Positions 23,384 to 34,314 of a DNA stretch of 34,538 nucleotides are shown here, piece after piece. Source of the stretch: Octopus bimaculoides. Lineage: Eukaryota. The DNA is taken from positions 25,006,077-25,040,614 of the forward strand of contig NC_069001.1 of the NCBI RefSeq assembly GCF_001194135.2, written 5' to 3'. Numbering within the stretch: position 1 is the first letter of the stretch; each line of letters starts with the position of its first letter. The notes under the pieces are model-generated. The model searched no databases and had not been told where the DNA came from. It worked only from the letters and a program-made list of their open reading frames with translations. Both the position numbers and the translations under genes were made by a program.

Positions 23384-24100
23384 ACGGACATATATTGATG
23401 TACGTGTTTGTTTGTAGATATATAAACGTATATATGATAGTATTTATATATGTGCATATATATACACGTATCTATATATGCATGTATCAAATGCTCCTAA
23501 TTAAATTAATCAGTTGCAAATAATTAGATGTGTAATATTTACACAAACGACAAAAGAGAAAGCGGCTAATATTTTAAAGAAAATAATTTAGTACGAAACA
23601 CCTGTATTATTGTTTTTTCGGATGTTCGTCTTGGTTAGGCCTTGATTAAGCCTAATGAAATAGGCTTAAGTGGAATGTTCTAATTAGTGGCTGTTCTAAT
23701 TAGGACCAGGGAACGTCTTCCGATTACAATGGTCCTTTCTCATGTAATTTTATGCTTTGAAGTGTCTTTGGAAACTAGATGGCTATAACTTGTAGAGCGT
23801 CTTCTGTGTAGAAACGTCTATCTTGCTGTAATAAACATATGCAAAGCTGTCTGCATAAATGTACAACATACGGGCCAAGTAAATGCCATTAAACACTCAT
23901 ACAATTTTTTAGAAGACGTCAAATTTCATTCTATTATCTTATTAGGTGTGAAAAACAGTGCGTCCATCAAAAATTGACACAAGTTCGTCGTCTAATAACA
24001 TATTCAATTCTCGCTCAAATGCTCTCAAATTTTAACAAAATGTGTGAAACCTAACTAAGTTTGTAATGTGCATGTGGGTAATAATGTCAATGTGAAGTTG

Positions 24101-24332
24101 AACTGGCCACCACGTTCACCTGCCTTGACATCTTTAGTTTTGACATGGGACTATGCGAAAGGGGTGTTCTATGCCCCACCCTCTTCCTACAAGCCTAGAG
24201 GAACTCTAGAAGGGAATCACTAAGGTGCTGGAGGATGTTATGCAAGTCATTCTACAGTGTGTTTCGCAGGAGCTGGACTACAGACTTGACGCGTGTCGTA
24301 TCACAGGTGGTGTGCATGTTGAACATTTGTGA
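24101..24332 (+). mobile_element. Tc1/mariner-superfamily transposase, C-terminal relic
   Basis: NWPPRSPALTSLVLTWDYAKGVFYAPP/LPTSLEEL*KGITKVLEDVMQVILQCVSQELDYRLDACRITGGVHVEHL*, with one frameshift and one stop. It fits the WPPRSPDLTPLDFFLWGYVK...CRxTxGxHIEHL motif. Confidence 0.88.
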
Positions 24333-24494
24333 AGCATTCTGAAATCCGTTATGAAACCTAGATCCCCTTGAATCTCTTATTCGAATTATGATCAATATAT
24401 CTTGTGTTGTTTAACATGAAGCCTATTTAATTTTGTTTGCCTCAAACATGTATTTACTCAGATATTCACATTTCAAACGACGTCAAAGTGTGTT

Positions 24495-24590
24495 TGTTTC
24501 AAATTTTGGCTCAACGCCAGCAGTTTCGATTGGGAAAGATTCGGCTAAGTATTTTTCCGGCGCGCTAACAATTCTACCAGCTCACCCCCT
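24495..24590 (-). mobile_element. SINE family B, internally deleted fragment
   Basis: The tail-like GTTTCAAATTTTGGC is joined to the head-like CCGGCGCGCTAACAATTCTACCAGCTCACC. Confidence 0.65.
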
Positions 24591-24893
24591 TAATAAGAGT
24601 GGAACTATATACAATAAACCACAAGGTACAGCTCAAATGACAGGATGATCACAATCTGGATATACGTATTCAGGTGCCTGATTGATCAGGTTTGGTCTGG
24701 GCTTAAACAATGAAACATTCTCAACCCTAAAAGTACAAACTTACTGCTTTCTTCTCTTTGTACTACAACTATTACGTTAAATATTGTGACTATTCTAGTT
24801 CATTGTATATTTACTTAGATATGCTCGTCGAATACATCCCACCTATTGCCTTATGTTCATTCTTCTGATTCTCGCTGATACACCTAGATGCGT

Positions 24894-24927
<34 letters not shown>

Positions 24928-25162
24928 GCAGTGTGATTTCTTAGTACCTGTTTAATTTCCTCCGTGATTGTCAAGCTAAAGACGTCCAGCTGGAATGGAA
25001 ATGACATTGATCTGACCAGACTTCGTACAGAGATACGTGTTGAACTCTGCTCAAAAATATTTTAGCTGTAACTTTATAATTAGGTAAAAGAACAAATCGT
25101 ATTGCAAATACACATAGATGCTTTATTTATTGGGTTTATTTGTCACTTAATCAAAAGGGCAT

Positions 25163-25635
25163 ATTGGTTTCGAATTTTGGCACAGAATCAGCAATTTCAG
25201 TGGAAGCTGCAATTCGATTTACAATGGCCCCAATGTTCAACTGATACTCATTATATGGAACCCAAAAGGACAACATGCAAAGCCGACCTCAATAGAAATC
25301 CAACTCAGAAATTAAACATATGTGAAATACCGCAAAGCATTTTGCCCGGTGAGCTAACCATTCTAGTCAGCTCGCTGCCTTGCCCAGAGGACATATTAAA
25401 TAGAGCACAGTTATTTATATACAGTTTTTCTACTCTAGGCACAAGGCTCGAAATTTTGCGGAGGGGCTCAGTCGATTAGATTGACCCCAGTGCGCAACTG
25501 GTACTTAATTTCTCGACTCCGAAAGGATGAAAGGCAAAGTCGACCTCGGTGGAATTTGAACTCAGAACGTAAAGATAGAAAAAATGCTGCTGAGCATTTC
25601 GCCAGGCGTACTAACGTTTCCAACAGCTCAATGCC
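25163..25635 (-). mobile_element. SINE family B, two tandem copies
   Basis: Copies at ~25163-25376 (diverged) and ~25430-25632 (better conserved, with CCGAAAGGATGAAAGGCAAAGTCGACCTCGG). Confidence 0.88.
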
Positions 25636-25984
25636 TTGCCCAGAGGACATATTAAGAGAGCACACTTACTGTATATACATATAAATAACAATTCTCGAAA
25701 TAAGCAAAGAAAAGTTGTGCTGACTGATGTTTACTAGAATTATTCATTAATTATAAAAACTAGTTAATTTTGAGACAGAACAAAAAGAAATAAATGATAA
25801 CTGTTAGCTTGTCTCAAAGAAACGGAAATATAAAAGAAACAAAAATATAATTATTTTATTTACCCGGAGGGTCTAATGATTCTGCCAGCTTGTCGACAGA
25901 AAGAAACTTAATATTGAATGATAAATAATCAGATATACGTTGAATTGCAAAATTAAAAACACTGGCGAAAATATTTACACTTAA

Positions 25985-26195
25985 TATAATCCGGCAGAAT
26001 TGTTAGCACGCCGGGCAACATGTTTAGGTGCGTTTCATCTAGCATTTGAGTTCAAATTTGGGCGAGGTTGACTTTGCCTTTCATCCTTTCGGAGTCGATA
26101 AGAAATGTATGAGGTAAACATTGGAGATCGTTGTAATAGACTTATTGCTGCCCCACCCGCAAAATTCTTGGCCTTATATTAAATTTTGAAGTTAA
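25985..26195 (+). mobile_element. SINE family B, diverged copy
   Basis: GGCAGAATTGTTAGCACGCCGGGC...GAGTTCAAATTT...GACTTTGCCTTTCATCCTTTCGG. Confidence 0.85.
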
Positions 26196-27604
26196 TGTAT
26201 TCCTGCAGATTCAAACATGAATACGCTAATCGCTGTTGTGTGGGTCACAAAAGCGCATTTTTTCGTTCACGTCGAATATATGTTCATACGTGTCTCAGGA
26301 TACTGAGATACAAGTAATTCGGCAAATGTGTCTCGTAGGACAGAAGCACTCGAACCAAAGCATCTAACACTGGCTGATGGTCTTGTTTGTAATGTCAGAA
26401 AACTGACTTTCCATTGTTCAGTGCTGATATCTACGAACAATTTATTATTGTTTGTAGATCAGCGGGATTCAAAGCGATGACTTACATCGATTGAAATCAA
26501 AAATAAACTGAATTGTAAAATATAATCAAAGAAGATTGTGTTTTATGCATGAAAAACCCCTAAAATTTCAAAATCTATAAAATAAAGGGAAATATTCGGT
26601 TGATACACAATAGACATTAAGAATGCAACGAAATCAGGCGCATAATTAAAATCTTTAATATATCGAAACAATGGACATATGTAAATTTATGCATCAGAAG
26701 AGAACCGAAAATATTTCGAATACATCCTATTTCCATGGATCCTGCTAGGTAACATTACATTTCACAAAATTAATTTGCTTGCTTCAGAGAAAATCTGATC
26801 TTAGTTTGTAAATAATTTAATTATTCCTATAATATTTGCATGGAGTCCTTTCTGTGAAGCCGCAGCTGGTGAACGAAATTTTTGATATGCTCGATACATT
26901 TTTTGTAGTTGTTTTTGCTTTTGTTGTTATTGCTGTTAACGATGCTGCTTAACTCCAGGTCAGATTGACCATCCATTTTATTTTATTCAATGCCGCTCTA
27001 TCAAAGAATACGTTATCAAATGTATCCTTTTTATTACATGTTATTTAAGGGATATTTTGCAGCTGAAGGCGTCAAGGAGATGAAACCATATAGACAAATT
27101 TTAATTTAATTGCATCCAGAATGTCGTTGTTAATTTTTATTCTTCTTAGCTGTGTAGAGTTAAACGAATGAGCGAAGTTTCTAACGCAATTTTCATCTTG
27201 TCTTCTGTTAAACCGTTCTTGGCAGAAAGAGCTGATGATTTATTCCACTACAATTATTGATTCGGGAATTCGATATTTCAAAAATAATTTTCAATTACAG
27301 TGAAGTTTAAAGCAATTTATTTAATGATTTTCATTCTAGAATCATGTTATTTTTGCATTTACAAAGTTTGAAGAATTCTAATATGTATAATTAAAAAGAA
27401 AATATGAAATCAGAAAGGATTATGGAAATATCAACGTTGTAGATTTTCAGTGCATCTATACATACTGTTTGTTGTATACAATGCTACATTACATCTGATC
27501 TACCCTGACCCACCTGTAAAGTCATTATGACCGGTTGCTGCAAAATAGCTTAAATAATTGCTTGTCGAGCAATAGTAAAGAGTATTTTCTTTTTCTTATA
27601 AGTT

Positions 27605-27830
27605 AAGTGAGCGAACTGGCTGTATCGTTAGTATTCCGGACAAAATGATATGCGGCATTTCTTCAGTTTTTACGTTTTGAAATCAAATGCTGCTGATATC
27701 GATTTGGCTTTTCATCATTACGGGATTGATAATGAAATTAACAGCCAAGTGCTGATGTCGATGTAATCTACTTCCCCATCTCCTCAAATACAACAACACT
27801 ACTAAAAAAGTGCTGTCCCTGTACCAGAAT
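27605..27830 (+). mobile_element. SINE family B, old copy
   Basis: GCGAACTGGC...ATCGTTAG...CCGGACAAAATG head with a degenerate core. Confidence 0.7.
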
Positions 27831-27844
27831 CATTGTTATTATTA

Positions 27845-28185
27845 GCCTCAAATTTTGCACAGGTAATCATATCGACTCCAGTACTTGATTGGTACCAACT
27901 TTATCGACCTCGAAAGAAGGAAAGACGAAGTCGACCTCGGCTTAATAATAATAGTAACAACGACAACAATGATGATTATGGTTTCAAATTTTGGCAAAAT
28001 GCCAGCAGGCTCTAAGAGGGGGTAAATCCATTACATCGAACGAAGTGCTCAACTGGTAATTATTTTATCCACCACGAAAAGATGAAAAGCAATGAAGGCC
28101 TCGGTGGGACGTGCACTCAGAACGTACAGATGGACGTAACGCCGCTAAGCATTTTCCCTGACATGCTAACGATTCAGCCAACTAA
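27845..28185 (-). mobile_element. SINE family B, one partial and one near-full diverged copy
   Basis: ATCGACTCCAGTAC...GAAGTCGACCTCGGC (27845-27945) and CTCAGAACGTA...CCGCTAAGCATTTT...CTAACGATTC (27980-28185). Confidence 0.78.
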
Positions 28186-28224
28186 TAATGACAATAATAA
28201 TAATAATGATAATAATAATAATAA

Positions 28225-28599
28225 TGGCATATTACCACTCAATGTACGCCACTAGCGTAGAAGGAATATGAGACGATACGACAATATAGCAAGGCTTGTC
28301 CATTGGACACTTTGCAACAAGTATGGACTTGACAGAGCAAAAAGTTGGTACGACCATAAACCCGAAAGCATTATCGATATGATAAAGTAAAGATCCTGTC
28401 AGATTTTATGATTCAGTGCGACCATTAGATAAAGAATAGGAAGCTAGACATAGTGTTAATTGTGAAAGAAAGCAAACTATGCTGGATCATAGATATAGCA
28501 TGCCCAGTAGACAACAAGGTATGCGATAATGAAGAAAGAAAAGTCGATAGACCTGACAGGTTAGCTTGGGAGGTTAAGCAGTTGTGGTCGATGAAAAAG

Positions 28600-28650
<51 letters not shown>

Positions 28651-28836
28651 ACATTAATTGTCGGAGCCCTGAGAACAGTGAGTAAAAGTCTCGAGAAGTA
28701 CATGAAAAAAATAGGGACTGCAATAATGGTGGCGCACTTGCAGAAAACAGCACTGCTTGGAACCGCCCGAATACTCCAGGTGTCCGAAAATAAGTGGTGT
28801 TACCTCATATCTGACCTTTCTGTCCCGAATAGTTAA
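28225..28836 (+). mobile_element. Non-LTR retrotransposon 3' fragment with restriction-like endonuclease (R2/R4/NeSL group)
   Basis: WHITTQCTPLA*KEY/RRYDNIARLVHWTLCNKYGLDRAKSWYDHKPES/KVKILSDFMIQCDH*IKNRKLDIVLIVKESKLCWIIDIACPVDNKV...LIVGAL...LQKTALLGTARIL. This is the end of the CCHC knuckle, the RHD motif and the (P)D...D RLE motif. Confidence 0.92.
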
Positions 28837-29689
28837 GAAAAGAAGAAAACAAACCAACAAAAATGGAATGACTTAGTAGATATACGTTGAAATTGACAGT
28901 CAGCCAAAAGATCGGAATTTTGGGAAGAAAGTTAATACGACATAGCATTGCTGTTTAAATTACTCTGACGAAACATCGACGAAGCAAGAAGCGGGACATG
29001 TTAATATAAATACGTAAAGCAAATATTACAACAAACAGGTATATCCTAATGACGGGTTGTTTTCAAGCTCGACCCATAACAGAAAATCATTAACGGGGTT
29101 TGTTCATTCGTACCAAACAACATTTCAAGTAATAACTAGTGGAAAAATAGCTTGCCGATGTTCTAAACGACTAGTGCATACTCACGCGTGTATGGATTGG
29201 TAAGTATATTTTGTGTTGAGTTTCCTGTTTAATAAATGTCTTGTTACGATCTTTGCATGTTAACTATATTCGTCAATCATTTCCACTGAAGTCTTTATTT
29301 ATATTTATAATTCCATAAATAAATTCCTATCATAGTTTCATAAATACATTCCTATTATATTTTCCTAAGGCCTCGCATCTGTCAACTGGGCTACGTATTG
29401 CGTAGCTGCATATTTTACAACGTGTATTTGAAATCTTTCTCTTCAACGAGCATTACATTCATTTCATCATTTCCAGCAACGTGTGACTTTGAAATGATTA
29501 TTCATGTCTGTACATTCAGTGTCACGTTATTGTACTTCCGGTTTTGGAATGCAATGCATCAAACTCTATTCTTCATCCCAAAGTATCTAGCACCTGCTAT
29601 ACGATTCTTTTTATGCCAAAGAAAGAAACCTTCAGGGAATTGTGGAAATCTGCCACGAAATACAATATATTCAACTAACCAGCTAAATT

Positions 29690-30215
29690 CCATGCCTCCG
29701 TCTCTAAATTTCCTATTATTCCTTTAATACAGTTGTTGTGGCAATTTCGAAACCTCTTGTTATTGTAGGCTAATTCCTGGTGTTTTTCTGCTTACATAAG
29801 TTCTTTGTCTGATATGCTGTTGTCAAAGAAAACACCAATAATACAAAACGATATTTCCTCTTCATTGAAAATAGCAATATCAGGACGGATATGGATACAG
29901 ATACATATTTAATATCCATATTCTACATTACCTAACTGTGGTAATTCAGCAGGGCATGTGTTCTGCTTCATAATCATAACATGTTTCCAGTATAACCAAA
30001 TATTAACATATTTGCAAATACAAGAAATAATTGTAACAGCTGCGTCATGTTTCACGTTATTTAAACCCTCTGAGGAAGTAAATTGTATTCAGGGATTATA
30101 CGGTTATACCCCTTTCGCTTTCAATAGACATTCCACATGCAGCCAAAATATTTTCATTATTGATGTATATTACTTCTTGTTCTGATTGTATGATATTGCG
30201 CTGTGCAGGTAGGAT
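29690..30215 (-). mobile_element. Older RLE-type non-LTR retrotransposon fragment
   Basis: ENILAACG (~30135-30155); KHDAAVTIISCICKYVNIWLYWKH (KHD at 30044-30052); RPDIAIFNEEEISFCIIGVFFDNSISDKELM*AEKHQELA (RPD at 29879-29887). Multiple stops and frameshifts; absent from the ORF track. Confidence 0.72.
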
Positions 30216-30305
30216 GAGGTCTTACGTCACATTCTCCAAAATCACCTACTTAATGAAGTGTATTCGAACCTTTATAATTTTCAATAATTTGAAAATGTTT
30301 CTGTA

Positions 30306-30338
30306 GTTCTTCTTCTTCTTCTTCTTCTTCTTCTTCTT

Positions 30339-30367
<29 letters not shown>
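30306..30367. repeat. (TTC)n microsatellite
   Basis: Perfect TTC run, followed by an ATT tract. Confidence 0.97.
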
Positions 30368-30369
<2 letters not shown>

Positions 30370-30410
30370 TCATCGTCATTATTATTATTATTATTGTTAT
30401 TATCATTATT

Positions 30411-30699
30411 ACTTTGCTTTTAACTTGCATGTTTGACATGATCACTTGCCGGGTCACATACAGTGCCCTGGGGCAAGTGATATTTATATATGACTGAAAT
30501 TTTAAGAGGCGCATTGAGAACGATAGCACAGAAAACATTCATATAATTCAACACGACACAAAACATTTAATTTGATTTGATAAGGATTTTTGTAGAGGTG
30601 GGCGAAACTTGTCAACACAATCTTCCGGATATCTGTGAGATATAGTTCTCCTGGGATGTTATCTAGGTGTTTCTGACATCTCATTTTTACCATACAAAG
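30411..30699 (-). mobile_element. Extreme 3' end (last codons plus 3' UTR) of an RLE-type LINE, ending in (TAA)n
   Basis: LCMVKMRCQKHLDNIPGELYLTDIRKIVLTSFAH matches the terminal ALGMxKKxxxxHxxxIPG..LxEIQKIxLxxTAHILR motif. About 170 bp of UTR follow, then a TAA-type tail. Confidence 0.75.
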
Positions 30700-30710
30700 A
30701 TAATAATAAT

Positions 30711-30858
30711 AACAACTGACTAGCAAATCTGTGGTATTGAGCAGAATATTTGTTGTAGCCCATCTTTTACACCAAGACAAATTCATGTACATTATAACAC
30801 TTCCAATCAGCTAAGATTAGAAGACATTTGAGCCAGTGCCTGGTATTACATTAGGATA
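30711..30858. mobile_element. Repeat family D, partial copy
   Basis: AAATCTGTGGTATTGAGCAGAATATT...ACACTTCCAATCA...GCCTGGTA is homologous to 31890-32020. Confidence 0.85.
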
Positions 30859-30935
30859 TTTATTATTATCATTAATATTATTATTATTATAACTATTGAG
30901 AGAGAGAGAGAGCGAGAGAGAGANNNNNNNNNNAG

Positions 30936-30974
<39 letters not shown>

Positions 30975-30992
30975 CAGACAGACAGCAGAGAG

Positions 30993-31453
30993 ACAGAGAG
31001 TAGTGCATGCCGACAAAGTGTCACTGCGGAAAATACATGATGTCCAGTATACCCATCATTACTACCTGTCTGATAACGGTACGTAAAGCTCACGTATCAT
31101 AACCATATGTGCGCGAGATTTTGATATCATATCAAGATAAACAGCGCATGACCTTCCAGGTGGAACCCAGTTAGAATTTTCTTCAGGTAAAGTGGCTATC
31201 CCGCTCAAACCATCGGTGAATAAGCGTTGTTTAAGAATGTTGAACGAAACACCCATGTTCCCAGAGCTGAATTATCCAAAGCCCAACGGATTCCTCTCAA
31301 CGCACGCCTATGATGTCCCCCTTACTACTCCTGCCCTCGATCAGAGATGCACATATTGTCAACCACTAAGGGACACTAAAAACTTGTTAAAGTCAAACAA
31401 CTGCCATGATATGCCATTGGGACCAATGCCTGGTACCCTGGTACTGCATGAAG
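30993..31453. mobile_element. Repeat family D, copy with an end-proximal deletion
   Basis: Co-linear with 31474-32029 (AGTGCATGC...CCCAGTTAGAATTTTCTTCAGGT...GTCAAACAA), then jumps to CTGGTACTGCAT. Confidence 0.88.
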
Positions 31454-31473
31454 ATAGCAATTATTATTATTAT

Positions 31474-32029
31474 TGAGTGACAGAGCAGTGCATGCTATCA
31501 AAGTGACGCTGGGATAAAATATACGAAGCCCAGTATACCCATCATGACTACCCGTCTGATAAGGGTACACCAGGCACATGCATCACAACCATGTGTGCGC
31601 GACATGGTGATCTCATATCAAGTTAAACAGCAAATGACCTCACAGGTGGGGCCCAGTTAGAATTTTCTTCAGGTCAAGTAGCCCATCCCGCTCAAAAGGT
31701 CACTGAATATGGTTTGTTTAAGGATGTTGAACGAAACACTCATGTTTCCAAAGGTAAATTGTTCAAACTCCAAAGAATTCCTCTCAACACATGCCTATGA
31801 TGCTCCCCCACTACTTCTGCACGTGATCAGCGATGCACATATCGTCAGCCACCAAGGGACATGCTCGGCTGGTTAAGGTCAAACAATTGACAGGCAAATA
31901 TGTGGTATTGAGCAGAATATTAGCTGTAGCCCATCTTTTATATCAAGACAAAACAATGTACATGATAACACTTCCAATCAATTAAGATCAGAAGCCATGA
32001 GAGCCACTGCCTGGTACTGCATCCGGGTA
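31474..32029. mobile_element. Repeat family D, apparently full-length ~555-bp copy within (TTA)n
   Basis: Bounded by TTA repeats on both sides. No ORF, pol III boxes or TIRs recognised. Confidence 0.88.
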
Positions 32030-32080
32030 TTTATTATTATTATTATTATCATTATTATTATTATTGTTGTTGTTATTATT

Positions 32081-32134
<54 letters not shown>
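32030..32134. repeat. (TTA)/(TTG)/(TAG) compound trinucleotide tract
   Basis: Consecutive trinucleotide runs. Confidence 0.95.
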
Positions 32135-32135
32135 T

Positions 32136-32528
32136 TTGCGTTTGACTACTTTGAAATATAAACAATTTTGGTCCGAGAATTCCCCAATGATTTTCAAAAT
32201 TGATATGAAGGGAAAAATAGATGAGGCTAAGTGAAATCTTGAATTATACAAGAAACCTACCAATAAATTTCTGTCACTGTACGTAGGAATGAAGCACACA
32301 AGTGCCATTCTAATTAACATCATGGAGAATGTCGACGGCTGGATAGCAGACACCATCTTTAGAGAGTATAGACAGGTATCCAACCCAGACGCAATGTTTG
32401 GCCTGGTGCGGGTTACGATGGCTATAGACCCCCTTAATATACCTTTGGGTTTGCAAACAAAACTAGAGGTGCTCCCTGTCGTGGGCAATGAGATAATATC
32501 CAATATCGAATATAAATATTACATATAA
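32136..32528 (+). pseudogene. Orphan coding remnant, ~130 codons with one internal stop
   Basis: Single frame LRLTTLKYKQFWSENSPMIFKIDMKGKIDEAK*NLELYKKPTNKFLSLYVGMKHTSAILINIMENVDGWIADTIFREYRQVSNPDAMFGLVRVTMAIDPLNIPLGLQTKLEVLPVVGNEIISNIEYKYYI*. Non-repetitive and protein-like; family not recognised. Confidence 0.5.
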
Positions 32529-32531
32529 TCC

Positions 32532-33291
32532 GGAAGTGATAGTTAAAGCAACGTAGGAATTTTCTGACCAGCTCGCCTAAAACGAAAAATAGTTCAACAT
32601 GGAAAAACCATTGCTTCTACTTGGTATGAGATGTATTTTTGGCAAGAGATGTATTTTTTCTCACTGGATGAAAAATTGTTTCGTTCTGAACGTGTCGTGG
32701 AAGCAAATTAGTCAAGTGTTAAAAATTTTGTAAGATAAAAATGTTGGTTAATACAGCATAGCGTTCACCGCAAAGAATTCCTTACGGTTCCTTGCACTGT
32801 ATGATAATTGTATGATATAATCATATTCATTAGCACAATACTCTCCCTTATCTTCAGCATTCTATATACATTTTTCAACATGGTTTGAGAAGTACCAGTC
32901 GTAATGATCCAGATCATTTCTTATTCGAAGTTACTGAATTCCTAAGCGTATCGGCGGATCACATCTCACATGTATGCCCCATTGTGACATTCTTTCTTCG
33001 ACTGAATGCCTTTCCAAGTGATGCTCCACACTGACGAGTAGCTGCATCTGATCTTGGCAACAATCTCACAAGATGCAAGTTTCAGTACGCCATCTTCATT
33101 ACATCCTGAAAATGTCCAGCTGCTCATCGAGCAGATTCGGACGACTGGTCCCTTTATTCTCTTTTGACAATGAATATGGGGCTATTTCTAATCAACGCGG
33201 CGATAAGTGAGGAAGACAATACAGGGGAAGATTCTGAAACATTTCTTCTTTTCCGACAAAACTATTTCAGTTGCATTAATTATAACTTATA
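32532..33291 (-). mobile_element. Highly degraded mariner-like element
   Basis: Degenerate TIRs AAGTGATAGTTAAAGCAAC (32534-32552) versus the reverse complement AAGTTATAATTAATGCAAC (33270-33288). Weak peptide echoes LPRS and FRTKQFFIQ*EKIHLLPK. Confidence 0.4.
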
Positions 33292-33304
33292 TTTTTAAGG
33301 TTTG

Positions 33305-33428
33305 CAGCTATTCTATCGGCTTGTTTGTCCGAATCGCTAACTGACGGTTACGTAAACAGATCAACACCAGTTACCAAGTGGTGGTAGTGGTGGTGGTGGT
33401 TGAGGGACAAACAGACGCAAACACACAC
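33305..33428 (-). mobile_element. SINE family A fragment
   Basis: TATTCTATCGG...CCGAATCGCTAA...ACGTAAACA...GGGACAAACA matches 2660-2760; it runs into an N gap. Confidence 0.75.
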
Positions 33429-34314
33429 NNNNNNNNNNNNNNNNNNNNNNNNNNNNNNNNNNNNNNNNNNNNNNNNNNNNNNNNNNNNNNNNNNNNNNNN
33501 NNNNNNNNNNNNNNNNNNNNNNNNNNNNNNNNNNNNNNNNNNNNNNNNNNNNNNNNNNNNNNNNNNNNNNNNNNNNNNNNNNNNNNNNNNNNNNNNNNNN
33601 NNNNNNNNNNNNNNNNNNNNNNNNNNNNNNNNNNNNNNNNNNNNNNNNNNNNNNNNNNNNNNNNNNNNNNNNNNNNNNNNNNNNNNNNNNNNNNNNNNNN
33701 NNNNNNNNNNNNNNNNNNNNNNNNNNNNNNNNNNNNNNNNNNNNNNNNNNNNNNNNNNNNNNNNNNNNNNNNNNNNNNNNNNNNNNNNNNNNNNNNNNNN
33801 NNNNNNNNNACGATACCGGTTTGACTTTGAATTTACTTTAACAATTCAAAATAATGCATTCAATTAATTTTAGTGTTACCTCAGTTCATCTAATTGTATT
33901 TATTTATTTATCGCTAGTTATAAAAAGGCCTTTATTTTTTTGATATTCAATGTGCGTTTTCGCTTTTAGTTTTCTTACTTTTCCCCATATTTTTCCACGT
34001 GTAGATTCTATTTTGTTTTTGAAACTTATTTCTATTATATATATGTATATAGCTTCTTACCACACAGCCATGCGATGTATGTATATGTGCTTCTGTAAAT
34101 TTTGTGTAATTGTGAATGCCTGCGTGTATGGGTGTATGTGTGTATGGGTGTATGGGTGTATGTGCTTGAGTGTTCCCGTGATTCCTGATATTTGAGTTTG
34201 TGTGTTGTTCTTGTATACGTATGTTTTGATTTTTCTATATGCATGACTCTACCCTAAATCTTATCTATTCACGTAGACCCTTGGCTACCAAATGAATTCT
34301 GTATATCGTCATCA

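Noticed and set aside
23495-23705. Cluster of TAATTA homeodomain-like sites and a small TTAAGCCTA/TAGGCTTAA palindrome
   Set aside because: Expected frequently in such AT-rich DNA; no conservation data available.
26423-26463. 13-bp stem hairpin ATCTACGAACAAT/ATTGTTTGTAGAT
   Set aside because: Only ~41 nt and AT-rich, too short for a pre-miRNA, and plausible by chance.
31474-32029. Hammerhead or HDV-like ribozyme in family D (CTGAAGA and CTGACGA on the minus strand)
   Set aside because: No correctly placed stem II plus GAAA, and no HDV P1/P3/L3 pattern found by eye. Left for a computational scan.
31988-32503. 171-aa minus-strand ORF
   Set aside because: Its C-terminus is microsatellite (poly-Y/N), and the rest looks like a shadow of the more protein-like plus-strand frame.
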